Shown here one piece after another: positions 53,368 through 63,969 of a stretch of DNA of 64,000 nucleotides (its first letter is position 1; each line of letters starts with the position of its first letter). The DNA is from an uncultured Chloroflexia bacterium (lineage in GTDB: Bacteria > Chloroflexota > Limnocylindria > QHBO01): NCBI GenBank assembly GCA_963827475.1, contig CAWHAZ010000005.1, forward strand, positions 64,001 to 128,000. The letters are read 5' to 3'. The notes beneath the pieces are model-generated. The model had not been told where the DNA came from and searched no databases. It was given only the letters and a program-made list of their open reading frames with translations. The translations under genes and the position numbers were made by a program.

Positions 53368-54318
53368 CTAACCGGTGTGGGGCTTCGGCTGGCGAAATCG
53401 GTTCGGCGCGGTCGACTTCGGGTGGTTGAACGGCGGATCGCCCAGTGGCAAGAGGTCATACGCGGCGATGTTCTTGCGATCGCTGCACAGCCCCCAGGTC
53501 CCGTCCTTCAGCGTCGGATGCCCGATGAAGGGGCGCAAGCGCTTCCGGTTCGAGCTGGCACATTTGGATCAGCATCAGCCGCTCGAGCTTCGGGGCTTCC
53601 GACAGCGAAGCCAGATCGGTGATGCCCTTCATCGTATCGAGCGCCGCCGAGCGCAGGTGCCGCGATCGGGCGAAGGATGGCAGTGCGGTCACATGCGAAA
53701 GCGTCTGGAGGAAGAAGCTGCTCCAGCGTTTCCACGCCGGCCAGAGCTGACACGTCGTCTATGCCGCGGATCCGCCACAGCTCGACGTACGTCAGGCGCC
53801 CAATCTGCGGCAGGAGCGAAACATCGCGAGTGCCCGCCGAGCTTGATGTCGAGCGACGTCAGTCGGCGCAGTGGCACCAGCGGCAGATAAATCCGGCAGT
53901 GTGATCGACCGCAGAGTGAGATCCTCGAGCGCCTCCAGCTCGCCGATCGCCCCGAAGTCCTTCTGCTGCCCCTCCAGGTACAGCGTTCGGAGCCGGCGGA
54001 AATCTCCTCAGGTTGCGGAGCGAAAACCGCTTTGACCGCGTCCAGCCGATGAGCAGGTTTTCGAGCTCGTCGGAGAGCATGGACAATTCCATCCAGGCTC
54101 GGCAGCTCGTAGATGGCATCGACGGCGAAGTGGCGCAGCCTGGGGAAGAAGCGCAGAAATTCGAGGTCGCTGGATGGACTCGTCGTATCCGCCGTACACG
54201 CGGAGCTTGATATGCGGGTAGTCGGCCATGAAGTCCGCCAGTCGGCGGAAGTCGGCATCGGTCAGGCGGGAACTGATCTGCACGGTCGTGTGCTCCGGCA
54301 CCAGCGGCGCGAGATCAT
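53368..54318 (-). pseudogene. Leucine-rich-repeat protein, multiply frameshifted (pseudogene or sequencing errors)
   Basis: DLEFLRFFPRLRHF, LVPLRRLTSLDI, MKGITDLASLSEAPKLERL across several frames. Confidence 0.6.
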
Positions 54319-54383
54319 CGTGGAATCAGCGGGGAGCACACCTCGCGCAGGGTCGGGCCGGGGAACCGCCTGCCGCCCACCTG

Positions 54384-55982
54384 CTACATCCGGAACACGC
54401 CGAAGCGCGGCTCCGGAATCGGCGCGTTCAGCGCGGCGCTGATGCCCATGGCCAGCACGCGCCGGGTGTCCATCGGGTCGATCACCCCGTCGTCCCACAG
54501 GCGGGCCGTCGAGAAGTAGGGCGAGCCCTGGCGCTCGTACTCGGCCAGGATCGGCGCCTCGAAGGCGTCGCGGTCGGCATCGGTCTCGAACCCGCCGCGA
54601 ACGGTGGACAGGACGCGGGCCGCCTGCGGCCCGCCCATGACGCTGATCCGGGCGTTCGGCCACATCCACAGCTGGCGGGGGCTGTATGCCCGCCCCGCCA
54701 TGCCGTAGTTCCCGGCCCCGAAGGAGCCGCCGATGATGACCGTGAACTTGGGCACGGCCGTGGTCGAGACCGCGGTCACCAGCTTCGCGCCGTCCTTGGC
54801 CAGGCCGCCGGCCTCGTACTCGCGCCCGACCATGAAGCCGGTGATGTTCTGGAGGAACACGAGCGGGATCTTCCGTTGCGAGGCGAGCTCGATGAAGTGG
54901 GCGCCCTTCAGCGCCGACTCGCGGAACAGGATCCCGTTGTTGGCCAGGATCCCGACCGGGTAGCCCTCCAGCCGAGCGAAGCCGCAGACCAGGGTCTCCC
55001 CGTACCGCTCCTTGAACTCGTGGAGCTCGCTGTCGTCCACCAGGCGGGCGATGACCTCGTGGACGTCGTATGCCACCCGCGGATCGGCCGGAATGACCCC
55101 GTACAGCTCGTCCGGACTGACCGATGGCGGCCGCGGCGCGTCCGCCTCCCACGGCGGCTCCGGCTTGCGCCAGGCCAGGTTGCGCACGATGGAGCGACCG
55201 ATGGCCAGGGCGTGCTCGTCGGTCAGGGCGTAGTGGTCGGCCACGCCGCTGGTCACGGTGTGGACCTCCGCCCCACCCAGGTCCTCCGCGCTCACCTCTT
55301 CCCCGGTGGCGGCCTTCACCAGCGGCGGGCCGCCGATGAAGATGGCGCCGGTTCCGCGGACGATGACCGTCTCGTCGCTCATGGCCGGGACGTACGCCCC
55401 GCCGGCCGTCGACTGGCCCATCACGATCGCGATCTGCGGGATTCCGCGCGAGGACAGCTGGGCCTGGTTGAAGAAGATCCGGCCGAAGTGCTCGCGGTCG
55501 GGGAACACCTCGTCCTGGAGGGGGAGGAACGCCCCGCCGCTGTCCACCAGATAAAGGCACGGCAGCCGGTTCTCGAGCGCGATCTCCTGGGCGCGGAGGT
55601 GCTTCTTGACCGTCATCGGGTAGTACGTGCCGCCCTTGACCGTGGCGTCGTTGGCCACGATCACGCACTCCACGCCCTCTACCTGACCGATGCCGGTGAC
55701 GATTCCCGCTCCCGGCGCCTCGTCGTCGTACAGGCCGGTGGCGGCCAGGGCCGAGAGCTCGAGGAAGGCCGTGCCCGGGTCGATCAGGCGGTCCACCCGC
55801 TCGCGGACGGGGAGCTTGCCGCGCTCCCGATGGCGGGCGATGGCCTTCTCGTCACCTCCCGCTCCGTTGCCCGCGACCAGCGCAGTCCGCTCGCGGAGAT
55901 CGTGGACCAGGGCCCGCATCGCGTCGGCGTTGGCGGTGAACACGTCCGAGCTCGGGTCCAGGGCGGAGCGGAGGACGGCCAT
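54384..55982 (-). CDS. liuB: Methylcrotonyl-CoA carboxylase beta subunit
   Basis: [53 protein letters not shown]. Confidence 0.93.
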   Translation of the reverse strand: MAVLRSALDPSSDVFTANADAMRALVHDLRERTALVAGNGAGGDEKAIARHRERGKLPVRERVDRLIDPGTAFLELSALAATGLYDDEAPGAGIVTGIGQVEGVECVIVANDATVKGGTYYPMTVKKHLRAQEIALENRLPCLYLVDSGGAFLPLQDEVFPDREHFGRIFFNQAQLSSRGIPQIAIVMGQSTAGGAYVPAMSDETVIVRGTGAIFIGGPPLVKAATGEEVSAEDLGGAEVHTVTSGVADHYALTDEHALAIGRSIVRNLAWRKPEPPWEADAPRPPSVSPDELYGVIPADPRVAYDVHEVIARLVDDSELHEFKERYGETLVCGFARLEGYPVGILANNGILFRESALKGAHFIELASQRKIPLVFLQNITGFMVGREYEAGGLAKDGAKLVTAVSTTAVPKFTVIIGGSFGAGNYGMAGRAYSPRQLWMWPNARISVMGGPQAARVLSTVRGGFETDADRDAFEAPILAEYERQGSPYFSTARLWDDGVIDPMDTRRVLAMGISAALNAPIPEPRFGVFRM

Positions 55983-56029
55983 TACCGTCCGATTATCGCG
56001 GCGCTGCATCGGCGCGCAGGCGTCGGCCT

Positions 56030-56098
56030 CGCGTTGCACCGCTTCGTGGTAACCGAGGTGGCCGAGCGTGGTTACCGCGTTACCACGAATGCTGGCGA
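56030..56098. repeat. Palindromic intergenic element, copy 1
   Basis: CGCGTTGCACCG..TTCGTGGTAAC...GTTACCACGAATGCT. Confidence 0.7.
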
Positions 56099-56154
56099 GG
56101 AGAGGCTGGTCGGTTGCTCGGCCGGCTGCGGGTTGGCCGCGTTGGGCCGGATCC

Positions 56155-56715
56155 TCAGGCCAGGCTGACCAGCGGGACGATGTTGCTCATGTGGGCCGAG
56201 TTGGCGATCACGACCGAGACCACGTGCTCGAAGGCGGGTTCCCCGTGGTGCAGGAGGTGCGCCTCGGTGAGCGGAATGAATCCCTGCATCTGGAACGGCT
56301 CGGGGAACGGTGCGCCAGGCGCCATGTGCAGGTTGCCGGTGATGGTGAAGGGCCCGACGTCCGCGGCGACGCGCTGGATCCGGCGGTGGAGCCGCAGCTG
56401 GCGGTTCGTCCGCCATTCGGGCGGCATGACCACGACCACGTCATCGGTCTTCACCGAGCGCCACTCCCCGGACCTGTCGAGCATGGGGGGATGCATGGTC
56501 ATGCCGTCGCCGCCCGCGCTCGGCTGCCACAGTCGCAGCTCGTCATTGGCGAGCAGCAGGTCGGTGACGCGCTGCCCGTTCGACGCGATCCAGCCCACCA
56601 CCCGCGTGTCGGCGGTGTACAGCTCGATGGGAGCGAGGTCGGTGCCGTTGGCCAGGGCGGCCGACCCGGAAGTCGCCGACCCACCACTCCCTCGCCGCCA
56701 GTTCCAGAAGGTCAC
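56155..56715 (-). CDS. Hypothetical protein
   Basis: 186-aa ORF with normal codon usage. Confidence 0.65.
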   Translation of the reverse strand: MTFWNWRRGSGGSATSGSAALANGTDLAPIELYTADTRVVGWIASNGQRVTDLLLANDELRLWQPSAGGDGMTMHPPMLDRSGEWRSVKTDDVVVVMPPEWRTNRQLRLHRRIQRVAADVGPFTITGNLHMAPGAPFPEPFQMQGFIPLTEAHLLHHGEPAFEHVVSVVIANSAHMSNIVPLVSLA

Positions 56716-56847
56716 GCCCTGACGCTACCGGTTGGACCGGGCAGGGACCACGGGTCGAGAGTACTAGCGACCTTGCCCCGACAAGCCGTTGCCGCCGGGC
56801 ACCGATCGCTCTTCCCGAGTCCTGCACCCGCGTAGTACAAATGCGGC

Positions 56848-57303
56848 GTGAATCGAACGCTCCGCCTTCTGCTCCTGATCGTCGTCCTGATCACCTTGAC
56901 CGCGACCGCCGGCGCGCTCGCCCTGGGTGGCGAGGGTGAGGCGGCGGACCCGGAGGACGCGAACAACCCCGAACGCGTGGTCGGGCTGCTCGACAACGCC
57001 GGCATCACGACCGATGCCAGCGCGCTGACCGGCCTGGCCGAGACCTACGGCATGGGCGGAGCGGTCCGGATCCTGGCCTTCGCGGACGCCGCCGGTGTCG
57101 ACCCGGCGGAGGTCACAGCCTTGCGAGACGCGGGGATGGGCTGGCGCCAGGTCGCTCGCGAGCTTGGCATCGACCTTGGTCCGGGCATCGGCTGGATCAT
57201 GAGCGGCAACGGGCAGGCCGATAAGGACAAGGGCCCGGGTCCCGGCAACGGGTGGGGACCAGGCGGCAACCCGAACAAGCCCGACGAGCCGGAGGGCGAA
57301 TAG
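56848..57303 (+). CDS. Secreted hypothetical protein
   Basis: Signal peptide; GMGWRQVARELG; Gly/Pro/Lys tail. Confidence 0.7.
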   Translation: MNRTLRLLLLIVVLITLTATAGALALGGEGEAADPEDANNPERVVGLLDNAGITTDASALTGLAETYGMGGAVRILAFADAAGVDPAEVTALRDAGMGWRQVARELGIDLGPGIGWIMSGNGQADKDKGPGPGNGWGPGGNPNKPDEPEGE

Positions 57304-57330
57304 GGAACCGGCGACTGATATCGTCGCCGG

Positions 57331-57666
57331 GTGATCGAGTTCGCCGATTTCCAGAAGGCCGACATGCGGGTCGGGCGCATCGTCTCGGCCGAGCCGTTTC
57401 CCGAAGCCCGGAACCCGTCGTACAAGCTCCGGATCGACTTTGGCCCGGACATCGGGGAGCGAGAGTCGGCCGCCCAGCTGACGGTCACCTACCCCGATCC
57501 GGCGGCCCTCATCGGGCGTCAGGTGGTGGCGGTCGTGAACTTCCCACCGCGGCGGATCGCGGGGTTGGCCAGCCAGGTCCTGGTCCTCGGGGCCATGGGC
57601 GATGACGGCCATGTCTTCCTGCTCCAGCCCGAGCCGGACAGCCCGCTGGGCCTGCGCATCGGATAG
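57331..57666 (+). CDS. csaA: tRNA-binding/secretion chaperone CsaA
   Basis: DMRVGRI, YKLRIDFG, VVNFPPRRIAG..SQVLVLG. Confidence 0.9.
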   Translation: MIEFADFQKADMRVGRIVSAEPFPEARNPSYKLRIDFGPDIGERESAAQLTVTYPDPAALIGRQVVAVVNFPPRRIAGLASQVLVLGAMGDDGHVFLLQPEPDSPLGLRIG

Positions 57667-57696
57667 GCCGCCCGGATCGGCCATACTCGACCAGCC

Positions 57697-58129
57697 GTGA
57701 CCGTCGCCAACCAGCCGATGCTCGGTGCCGTTCCCGAAGGGATGCCCGATCCGAACGTGGCCCCGCCCCAGGCGGCGCGGGCCGGGGACCCGTTCTCGAG
57801 CCTGCGGATCGTGGTCGGACTGGCTCGGATCTCGCGCAACGTGCCCCACCAGCTGCGTGACGTGGTGACGGCCCTGAACGCGGCGTACCTCGACTGGTCG
57901 TTCTCCGAGGACGTCGTCCTGGCCGAGCTCGTGCAGCTCCAGTCGAACTGGAGCCTCTCGTTCCACGGCGAGGACCGGATCGTCCTCGGCGCCAACGAGC
58001 GCGGGTCGGACGGTCCTCATCGTGGACTCGACCAAGATGACGCCGTTCCTCGTCGCCCAGGCGCAGGCGCACGCCGAAGCGTGCGACGCGGCCCTGCGCG
58101 AGTTCGCCATCGGCGAGGAAAACTACTGA
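57697..58129 (+). CDS. Hypothetical protein; frameshift near 58005
   Basis: Coding-like frame switches to ...DSTKMTPFLVAQAQ...EFAIGEENY*. Confidence 0.55.
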
Positions 58130-58144
58130 GGACGAACAGGACCG

Positions 58145-58610
58145 ATGTCGGCACGCCCCGTGACCACGACCGCGACCCTCACCGGCGAGGGTGGGGAGTA
58201 CTACTTCATCGTCCCGATCGACTTCCAGGCCGAATTCGGCCGTCACCGGCCGCCGGTCCGGGTCACGATCCGCGGCTTCACGTTCCGGACCACGCCCGCT
58301 CGCTACGGGACCGAGTACTACGTCGTGGTCAACCGCGCCAACCGGGCGGCGATCGGGATCGACCGCGGCGACCGGGTCCGCATCAGGTTCGAGCTCGATA
58401 CCGAGCCGCGGGTGGTGAAGCCGCCGCCGGAGCTGGCGGCGTCGCTGGCCTGCGGACGCCGGCGCAAAGGCCAGGTACGGCAAGCTCGCGTACAGCCACC
58501 AGAAGGCGTATGCCGACTGGGTGGCCGAAGCGAAGCGTCCCGAGACGCGCGTCCGCCGCGGAGCCGAATCGGTCAAGCGCCTGCTCGCCGGCCGCAAGGA
58601 GCCGAACTAG
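58145..58610 (+). CDS. DUF1905 / YdeI-OmpD-associated domain protein; frameshift near 58450
   Basis: PVRVTIRGFTFRTT, DTEPRVV.PPPEL, LAYSHQKAY..WV.EAKRPETR.RR. Confidence 0.8.
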
Positions 58611-58619
58611 GATGGCGAG

Positions 58620-58727
58620 ATGAGCCGATTGAACGTGATCAAGACCCGCCTGTTCCCGATCGTGATGCTGGCCGGGCTGATGCTCCTCGCGGCCTGCAAC
58701 AGCGGAGGCTCCGGACCCGGCTACTGA
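58620..58727 (+). CDS. 35-aa micro-lipoprotein (MSRLNVIKTRLFPIVMLAGLMLLAACNSGGSGPGY)
   Basis: Hand-translated; canonical type II signal peptide with LAAC lipobox. Confidence 0.65.
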   Translation: MSRLNVIKTRLFPIVMLAGLMLLAACNSGGSGPGY

Positions 58728-58740
58728 CCGGGCATCGACC

Positions 58741-59661
58741 TCAGTAGCGGTCGGCCTGCGCAGCCTGGCCGACGGCGGCCTCGGGCGCGTCCATCGCGAC
58801 CGGGACCTTGTCGGTCCGCTTCGGTCGCGGCCGGAAGGGCGAGGTCTCGGGGACGACCGGCCCATCGGTCTCCGCCAGGTCGCCGCCCCGATAGGCTTCC
58901 CACACGGCCATGACCGTGTCGCGGTGGGGCCGGATGCGGCAGTGCTCGTCGCGGTTGCCCATCTCGTCGCAGTAGCCGAGCGGCACGCACTTGGGGGCGA
59001 GGAACGAGCCGAAGAAGGGCGAGACGCGGAAGATCTCGTGCCGGATCTGCTTGAACAGCTGGCGGATCTCCCACTGGGCCATGGTGCACAGCCGCAGCCC
59101 GCTCATGTGGATGAGCTGGCGCAGGTTCACGGTCATGATCAGGTTGGTCTGCATGGCGTTGGGGAAGATGAACCGCGCGTCCTCGGCCGGAACCTCGGCC
59201 TGGAGGAGCTGGCCGTAGAGGTCGAGGTTCTCGTCGATCGCCCGCTGGAATCGACCGGCCAGGTCGTCGGGCAGGTCGCCCTTGGTGATCGAGTCGGGGA
59301 TGGTGTAGTTGTCGCGGGCCTTGAACGAGACGTAGCGCTGGGACTGCTGGTCGAAGGCCGTCCCCGCCCGATGGCGGACCAGCTGGTGGGACAGGGTCCG
59401 GGTCACGCCGCTGATCGCGAACGTGAAGTTCACGTGCTCGATGGTCGAGCCATGGCCCGACTCCATGACCTTGCGGACGAGCGCCTGCTGCTTCTCGTCG
59501 GCCACGGAGCGGGAAACGGCCTTGTCCCAGATGACGTCCGGCAGCAGCTCGGAGTAGCACGTCCGGCAGGCGGTGTAGATGATCGGGAGGTAGTACTCCT
59601 CCACGATCTCCGCGGTCGGGAAGATCAGCTTGGCAGACAGGTTCGGCGAGGTCGGCGGCAT
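58741..59661 (-). CDS. thyX: FAD-dependent thymidylate synthase
   Basis: GHGSTIEH, SHQLVRHR..QQSQRY, EDARFIFPNA, AQWEIR. Confidence 0.93.
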   Translation of the reverse strand: MPPTSPNLSAKLIFPTAEIVEEYYLPIIYTACRTCYSELLPDVIWDKAVSRSVADEKQQALVRKVMESGHGSTIEHVNFTFAISGVTRTLSHQLVRHRAGTAFDQQSQRYVSFKARDNYTIPDSITKGDLPDDLAGRFQRAIDENLDLYGQLLQAEVPAEDARFIFPNAMQTNLIMTVNLRQLIHMSGLRLCTMAQWEIRQLFKQIRHEIFRVSPFFGSFLAPKCVPLGYCDEMGNRDEHCRIRPHRDTVMAVWEAYRGGDLAETDGPVVPETSPFRPRPKRTDKVPVAMDAPEAAVGQAAQADRY

Positions 59662-59745
59662 GGTTTTGGCAGCAGTCCTGGCAGCAGTCGCAGCAGCAGA
59701 AGTAAGGCGCCGAGTCTAGCACCGGACCGATGCGAATTGGGGCCG

Positions 59746-59796
59746 TTATCCACAACCTGTAGTGGTGGTGGATAACTTCAGACCGCTATCTTGTGG
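59746..59796. promoter_or_regulatory. DnaA boxes and tandem NrdR-like boxes upstream of thyX
   Basis: TTATCCACA 59746-59754; GGTGGATAA 59767-59775; CCACAACCTGTAGTGG 59750-59765 and GACCGCTATCTTGTGG 59781-59796, 31 bp apart. Confidence 0.6.
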
Positions 59797-59801
59797 TCTG
59801 G

Positions 59802-61324
59802 CTAGCGCTGCTCCTCGCGCTCGGCATCGGCCCCGCGACCGCCCTCCGGGCGGCGTTCGTCGAGGCGGGCGAGGCCGTGGAGACGGTCGTAGGCGATGAC
59901 GTTGCCGCCGCCGGCGCGGGCCGAAGCGACCGCCTCGTCGGCCCACGACAGGAGGGTGTCGGCGGTGGTCTCCTGGCGTGAGCGCATGGTGGTCACCCCG
60001 ATCGAGACGGTGACCGAGACCTCGCCCCGCCCGGTGGAGATCGGTCGCTGCGTCGCGCGGTCGCGGATCGCCTCCGCAAACACGGTGGCTCCCTTCTCAT
60101 CGGTATGGGGGAGGATGGCCAGGAAGGCGTCGCCGGCCAGGCGACCGATGGCGTCCGCCTCGCGGACGCGAACCCGGATGCGCAGCGCGAGCTCGCGGAG
60201 GACGACGTCGCCGACGGCCGTGCCGTAGTGGGCGTTGAGCTCGCCCATGCCGTCGATGTCGACCAGGACGATGGACACCGCGTGCGGGTAACGACGTGCC
60301 TCGGCCACCTCGTCGCGGAGGCGGTCCATGATCGCCGTGCGGCTGGCTACCCCGGTCAGGGCGTCAGTGTCCGCAGCCCGCTCCAGCTCCGCTCGCTGGA
60401 GGGCGATGGTGTGGCGGGCATCGGTGAGCTCCGCCAGGGCGGCCCGCAGCTCGCGGCCGAGGCGGTCACGCTCCGCATCGTCGACCGGCTGCGGCGTAGG
60501 CGCTGGAGGCCCGGTCCGCCGCGTCCATCCCGCCCGCGATCTCCGCCGTGGCGGCTTCCGCGGCCATGGCCCGGAATCGCGGTGGACCGGGACACGCTCG
60601 CCGGCGGAGCGAGCCCCGCCACGAGGAGCGGCGGCGTCACGAGGAGCGGGCTGAGGGCCACGATGGCCTCGACGGTCCCGGGACGAGCCCAGGCCAGCAG
60701 GACCGCGGCCACCGCCAGGGTCACCGGGGCCAGCGCGGCGACCGGTCTGCGGCGACGGAACCATTTGCCCGCCGCCGCCAGGGCCACCACCGCGCCGACC
60801 AAGGAAGAGGATGGACGTCATGTCGTCAAGCGGTGAGCCGGGCGCCAGCAGGGCGGCGGCCAGCGCCGACTCGGCAAGGACGAGCGCGAGGATCACGCTC
60901 AGCCAGCGTGCCCGCTCAGCGATCACCACCCGCTGCCTGGCCCAGGCAGCCACGGCGAGTCCGCCCGCCACGATGATCAGGGTCAGGGCCAAGCCCGCTG
61001 TTCGGGAGCGTGGGAGCCCCGTCCGGGACCTGCCAGCGCGAGCGCCGCGGTGCCTGCGGTGAGCGCGGTCGCGCTGAGCCCGGCGGCCCCGGCCGACAGC
61101 CGGCCGGTGGTGACCAGCGCCCCGAGCAGGGGAATGACCGAAATCGCGGAGATGAGCGCCACCAATCCGAGCGCGGCGGGCGCGAGCCAGCCGCTGGCAT
61201 CGGCCGGATTCATCTCGAGCGGGGGAAAGAGGCGCAGCGCGGCGACCGCGGCCACGGGGAGCGCCAGGGCCAACCCGGTGCCCACCGCCCGCGCGATCGC
61301 TGCGGTCAAATCGGATCGGAGCAT
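59802..61324 (-). CDS. Membrane-bound GGDEF-domain protein with degenerate AGDAF motif; frameshifted
   Basis: TDALTGV, DIDG..LNAHYG..VGD.VL, GRLAGDAF, TVSIGV; multi-TM N-terminus over three frames. Confidence 0.8.
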
Positions 61325-61424
61325 ATTTCGCCGGTGCGTCTGGTCACCGCAGTCTCTGGAGGGTGGGGGTAAGCGGCAATAGTACGAACGGCCGCGGAAA
61401 CCCTCTCGCGCCATACTCGAGCCG

Positions 61425-61775
61425 ATGCAGACCGAGCCGGTGATGACCAAGAGCGCCTTCCTGGAGGCCACCGACGCGCTCATCGCGGAGGGCGACCGGC
61501 TGGCGACCTCCCCCGACTGGGAGGGCTTCCGGGCGTGGCTGCTCGAGTCGGATCGGCTGCTGGAATCGGTCTGGGGACGGATGGACCGATATCACCTGGC
61601 CTGGCTGAACGTGGGACGCGACTCCGCCCCGCCCGGATCCCCACTGGACGCCGAGGGGAGCGCCCGATTCATCACCGAGGTCGCCAGCGCCAAGGTCGCC
61701 GTCCTGCGTACGATGCGCACCGCGGTCGAGCGCCAGGGCTGGCGGCGCCTGGCCGATGATCCGGAGGACGCGTGA
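61425..61775 (+). CDS. Hypothetical protein
   Basis: 116-aa ORF coupled by GTGA to the next gene. Confidence 0.65.
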   Translation: MQTEPVMTKSAFLEATDALIAEGDRLATSPDWEGFRAWLLESDRLLESVWGRMDRYHLAWLNVGRDSAPPGSPLDAEGSARFITEVASAKVAVLRTMRTAVERQGWRRLADDPEDA

Positions 61776-62495
61776 CCTACGACCGAACCGGGGGAGTGGC
61801 CGTCATCCTGGCCCACCCCGCCGACGAGGCCTTCACCTGTGCGGGCTCGCTGGCGCTCGCCCATGACGCGGGGCACACCACGCGGCTGCTGGTCGTGACC
61901 CGGGGCGAGGCCGGGAACGAGGAGCGGACGCCGGATGCCGACCTGGCCGCGGTTCGCGAGTCGGAGATGGTCCGCGCGGCGGAGGTCATCGGTCTCAACG
62001 AGGTCACCCTGCTGGAGGGGTATCCCGACGGTGCGGTCGCGTCCGAGCCCCCGGAGCGGCTGATCGAGGAGATCTTCGCCTGGCTCGGGAACCGACGGCC
62101 CGAGGTGCTGGTCACGTTCGGCGCGCACGGCGTCACCCATGACCCGGATCACGCTGCGGTGGGCAGCGCCGCCCGCTGGGCGGTGGAGCGGCTGGCCCGC
62201 TCCGGCGTCGCGCCAACCTCGACGTACGTCATCGCCCCTGGATACGGGCCCGGGCCGAACCGATACGACCTCTCCCCGGAGGAGCAGGGCGCGACCCACC
62301 GGATCGAGATCACCGACGTGGCGGAGCGGCGCCTGGCCGCGCTCGAGAGCCACGCCTCGCAGGCCGACACCGCGGACGCGATCGCCGAGCTTCGCGACCG
62401 CCATCGAGGGCGGCGAACCGATCTACGAGGCCTTCACCCGGGTCCGTCCCGAGGTTCTCCTGCCCCACCCGAAGTTCGACACCAGCCTCATCTGA
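61772..62495 (+). CDS. PIG-L family deacetylase (MshB/BshB-like); frameshift near 62395
   Basis: AHPADE, TRGEAG, HDPDH, HASQ. Confidence 0.85.
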
Positions 62496-62531
62496 TCGGT
62501 CCGGCGGGAATCCCTGCTACTCTGGTCGGGT

Positions 62532-62822
62532 ATGACGATCGATGCCAACCTCGCCAAGGTGGACGAGGTGATGACCGCGCTCTATGACATCCACGATCCG
62601 GAGATCGGGATGAGCATCGTCGACCTCGACCTGATCAAGAACGTCGAGATCGGGACCGATGGCTCGCCGACCGAGATCAAGATGGTCCTGACCACGCCGT
62701 TCTGCCCGTGGGCCGGCGACCTCATCCAGGAGATCAAGACCAAGACCGAGGACGTGGTTGGTCCCCCGGTCAAGGTCACCCTGCTCGCCGATCGCTGGGA
62801 GCCCCCGCCCGGCCTCTTCTAG
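62532..62822 (+). CDS. DUF59 Fe-S cluster assembly factor (SufT/PaaD-like)
   Basis: DPEIGMSIVDLDLI, LTTPFCP. Confidence 0.88.
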   Translation: MTIDANLAKVDEVMTALYDIHDPEIGMSIVDLDLIKNVEIGTDGSPTEIKMVLTTPFCPWAGDLIQEIKTKTEDVVGPPVKVTLLADRWEPPPGLF

Positions 62823-62899
62823 GCCCTTCAGCGCTGTCGCGGCCGGCAGGACCTGCCCCGGGATCGGTCCGCATCGATGGCCGGGACTAGCTGTCTCTG

Positions 62900-62975
62900 C
62901 GCGTTGCACCGGTTCGTGGTAACGCGGTAAGCGTGTTTGCCAAGCGGACTACCACGTTGCCACGAATGCTTGCGA
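62900..62975. repeat. Palindromic intergenic element, copy 2
   Basis: CGCGTTGCACCG.TTCGTGGTAACGCGGTAA...GTTGCCACGAATGCT. Confidence 0.7.
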
Positions 62976-63021
62976 CAACGTCGAACCGACCGGCTTGAGG
63001 CGGCGCTAGCATCGGTCGGCG

Positions 63022-63969
63022 ATGACCAAGGCGGCCGATGTTCCCGTTGTGGCTTGGCTGCTCGAAGGCGATCCTGCTATTCGCTGGCAGGTCATGCGCG
63101 ATCTCCTGGACGAGCCCGCGGAGGTCTGGCAGGCCGAGCAGCGGCGCACGGTCGATAGGGGTTGGGTGGCCAAGATCCTCGCCATCCAAGCGGCCGACGG
63201 CAGCTGGCCGAAAGGCCGTTGGACGGACGTCGCCGTGGACGCCGCTGCTGCTCATGGCGCTCGGACTCCCAGGATGACCGTCCGGCGCCGTGGGCTCCGC
63301 GAGACGGGTTGATGGACCGGCTCATGCCGCCGGGTCACGAGGTCGACCGCAATGTGCTGCTGAAGCGGATGGACCTGTGCCACCTGGGCTTCTGGCTCGG
63401 CCTGGGCTCGACCTACCTCGCCGGCGACCCTCGTCTTCGTCCGTTGGCGGAAACGGTCATCAGCGTCCAGCTGGGTGACGGCGGGTGGAACTGCCACATC
63501 CGGAACCGCCCGTCGACGACGCACAGCTCGTTCCACACCACGCTCAACATCCTCGAGAACCTGCGGATCGCACACGACCACGGAGTCGTCGCCAAGCAGG
63601 GCCTTTCGTGACGCCGAAGCCGGAGCGATCGAATTCCTCCTCGCCCATCGGCTGTTCCGCTCCCACACCACCGGCGAGGTGGCCGACCATCGGTTCGTCC
63701 AGCTCACCTATCCGTGGCACTGGCACTACAACGTCGTGCGCGGACTGGACTATCTCCGCCTCACGCCCGCCGTCCTGAGCGACGAGCGGGCCTCGGACGC
63801 CATCGCGCTTCTGCAGGATGCGCGACGTCCGAACGGTCGCTGGCCGCTCCAGTCGCGGATCCCGGGCACGCTTCTGGTCGAGATGGAGAAGCCGGGCGGC
63901 GAGAGTCGATGGAACACCCTGCGGGCCCTCCGGATCCTCCGAGCAGTGGATAGCATCAGCCCGGCATGA
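63022..63969 (+). CDS. Prenyltransferase/squalene-oxidase-repeat family protein; frameshifted
   Basis: WLLEGDPAIRWQV.RDL, Q..DGSW, QLGDGGWNC, SSFHTT, WHYNV.RGLDY, SRWNTLRALR. Confidence 0.8.

Noticed and set aside
59662-59755. Cys-rich leader peptide (YFCCCDCCQDCCQ) before thyX
   Set aside because: It is an off-frame translation of the CTG/CAG repeats, with no stop before thyX and no link to cysteine sensing.
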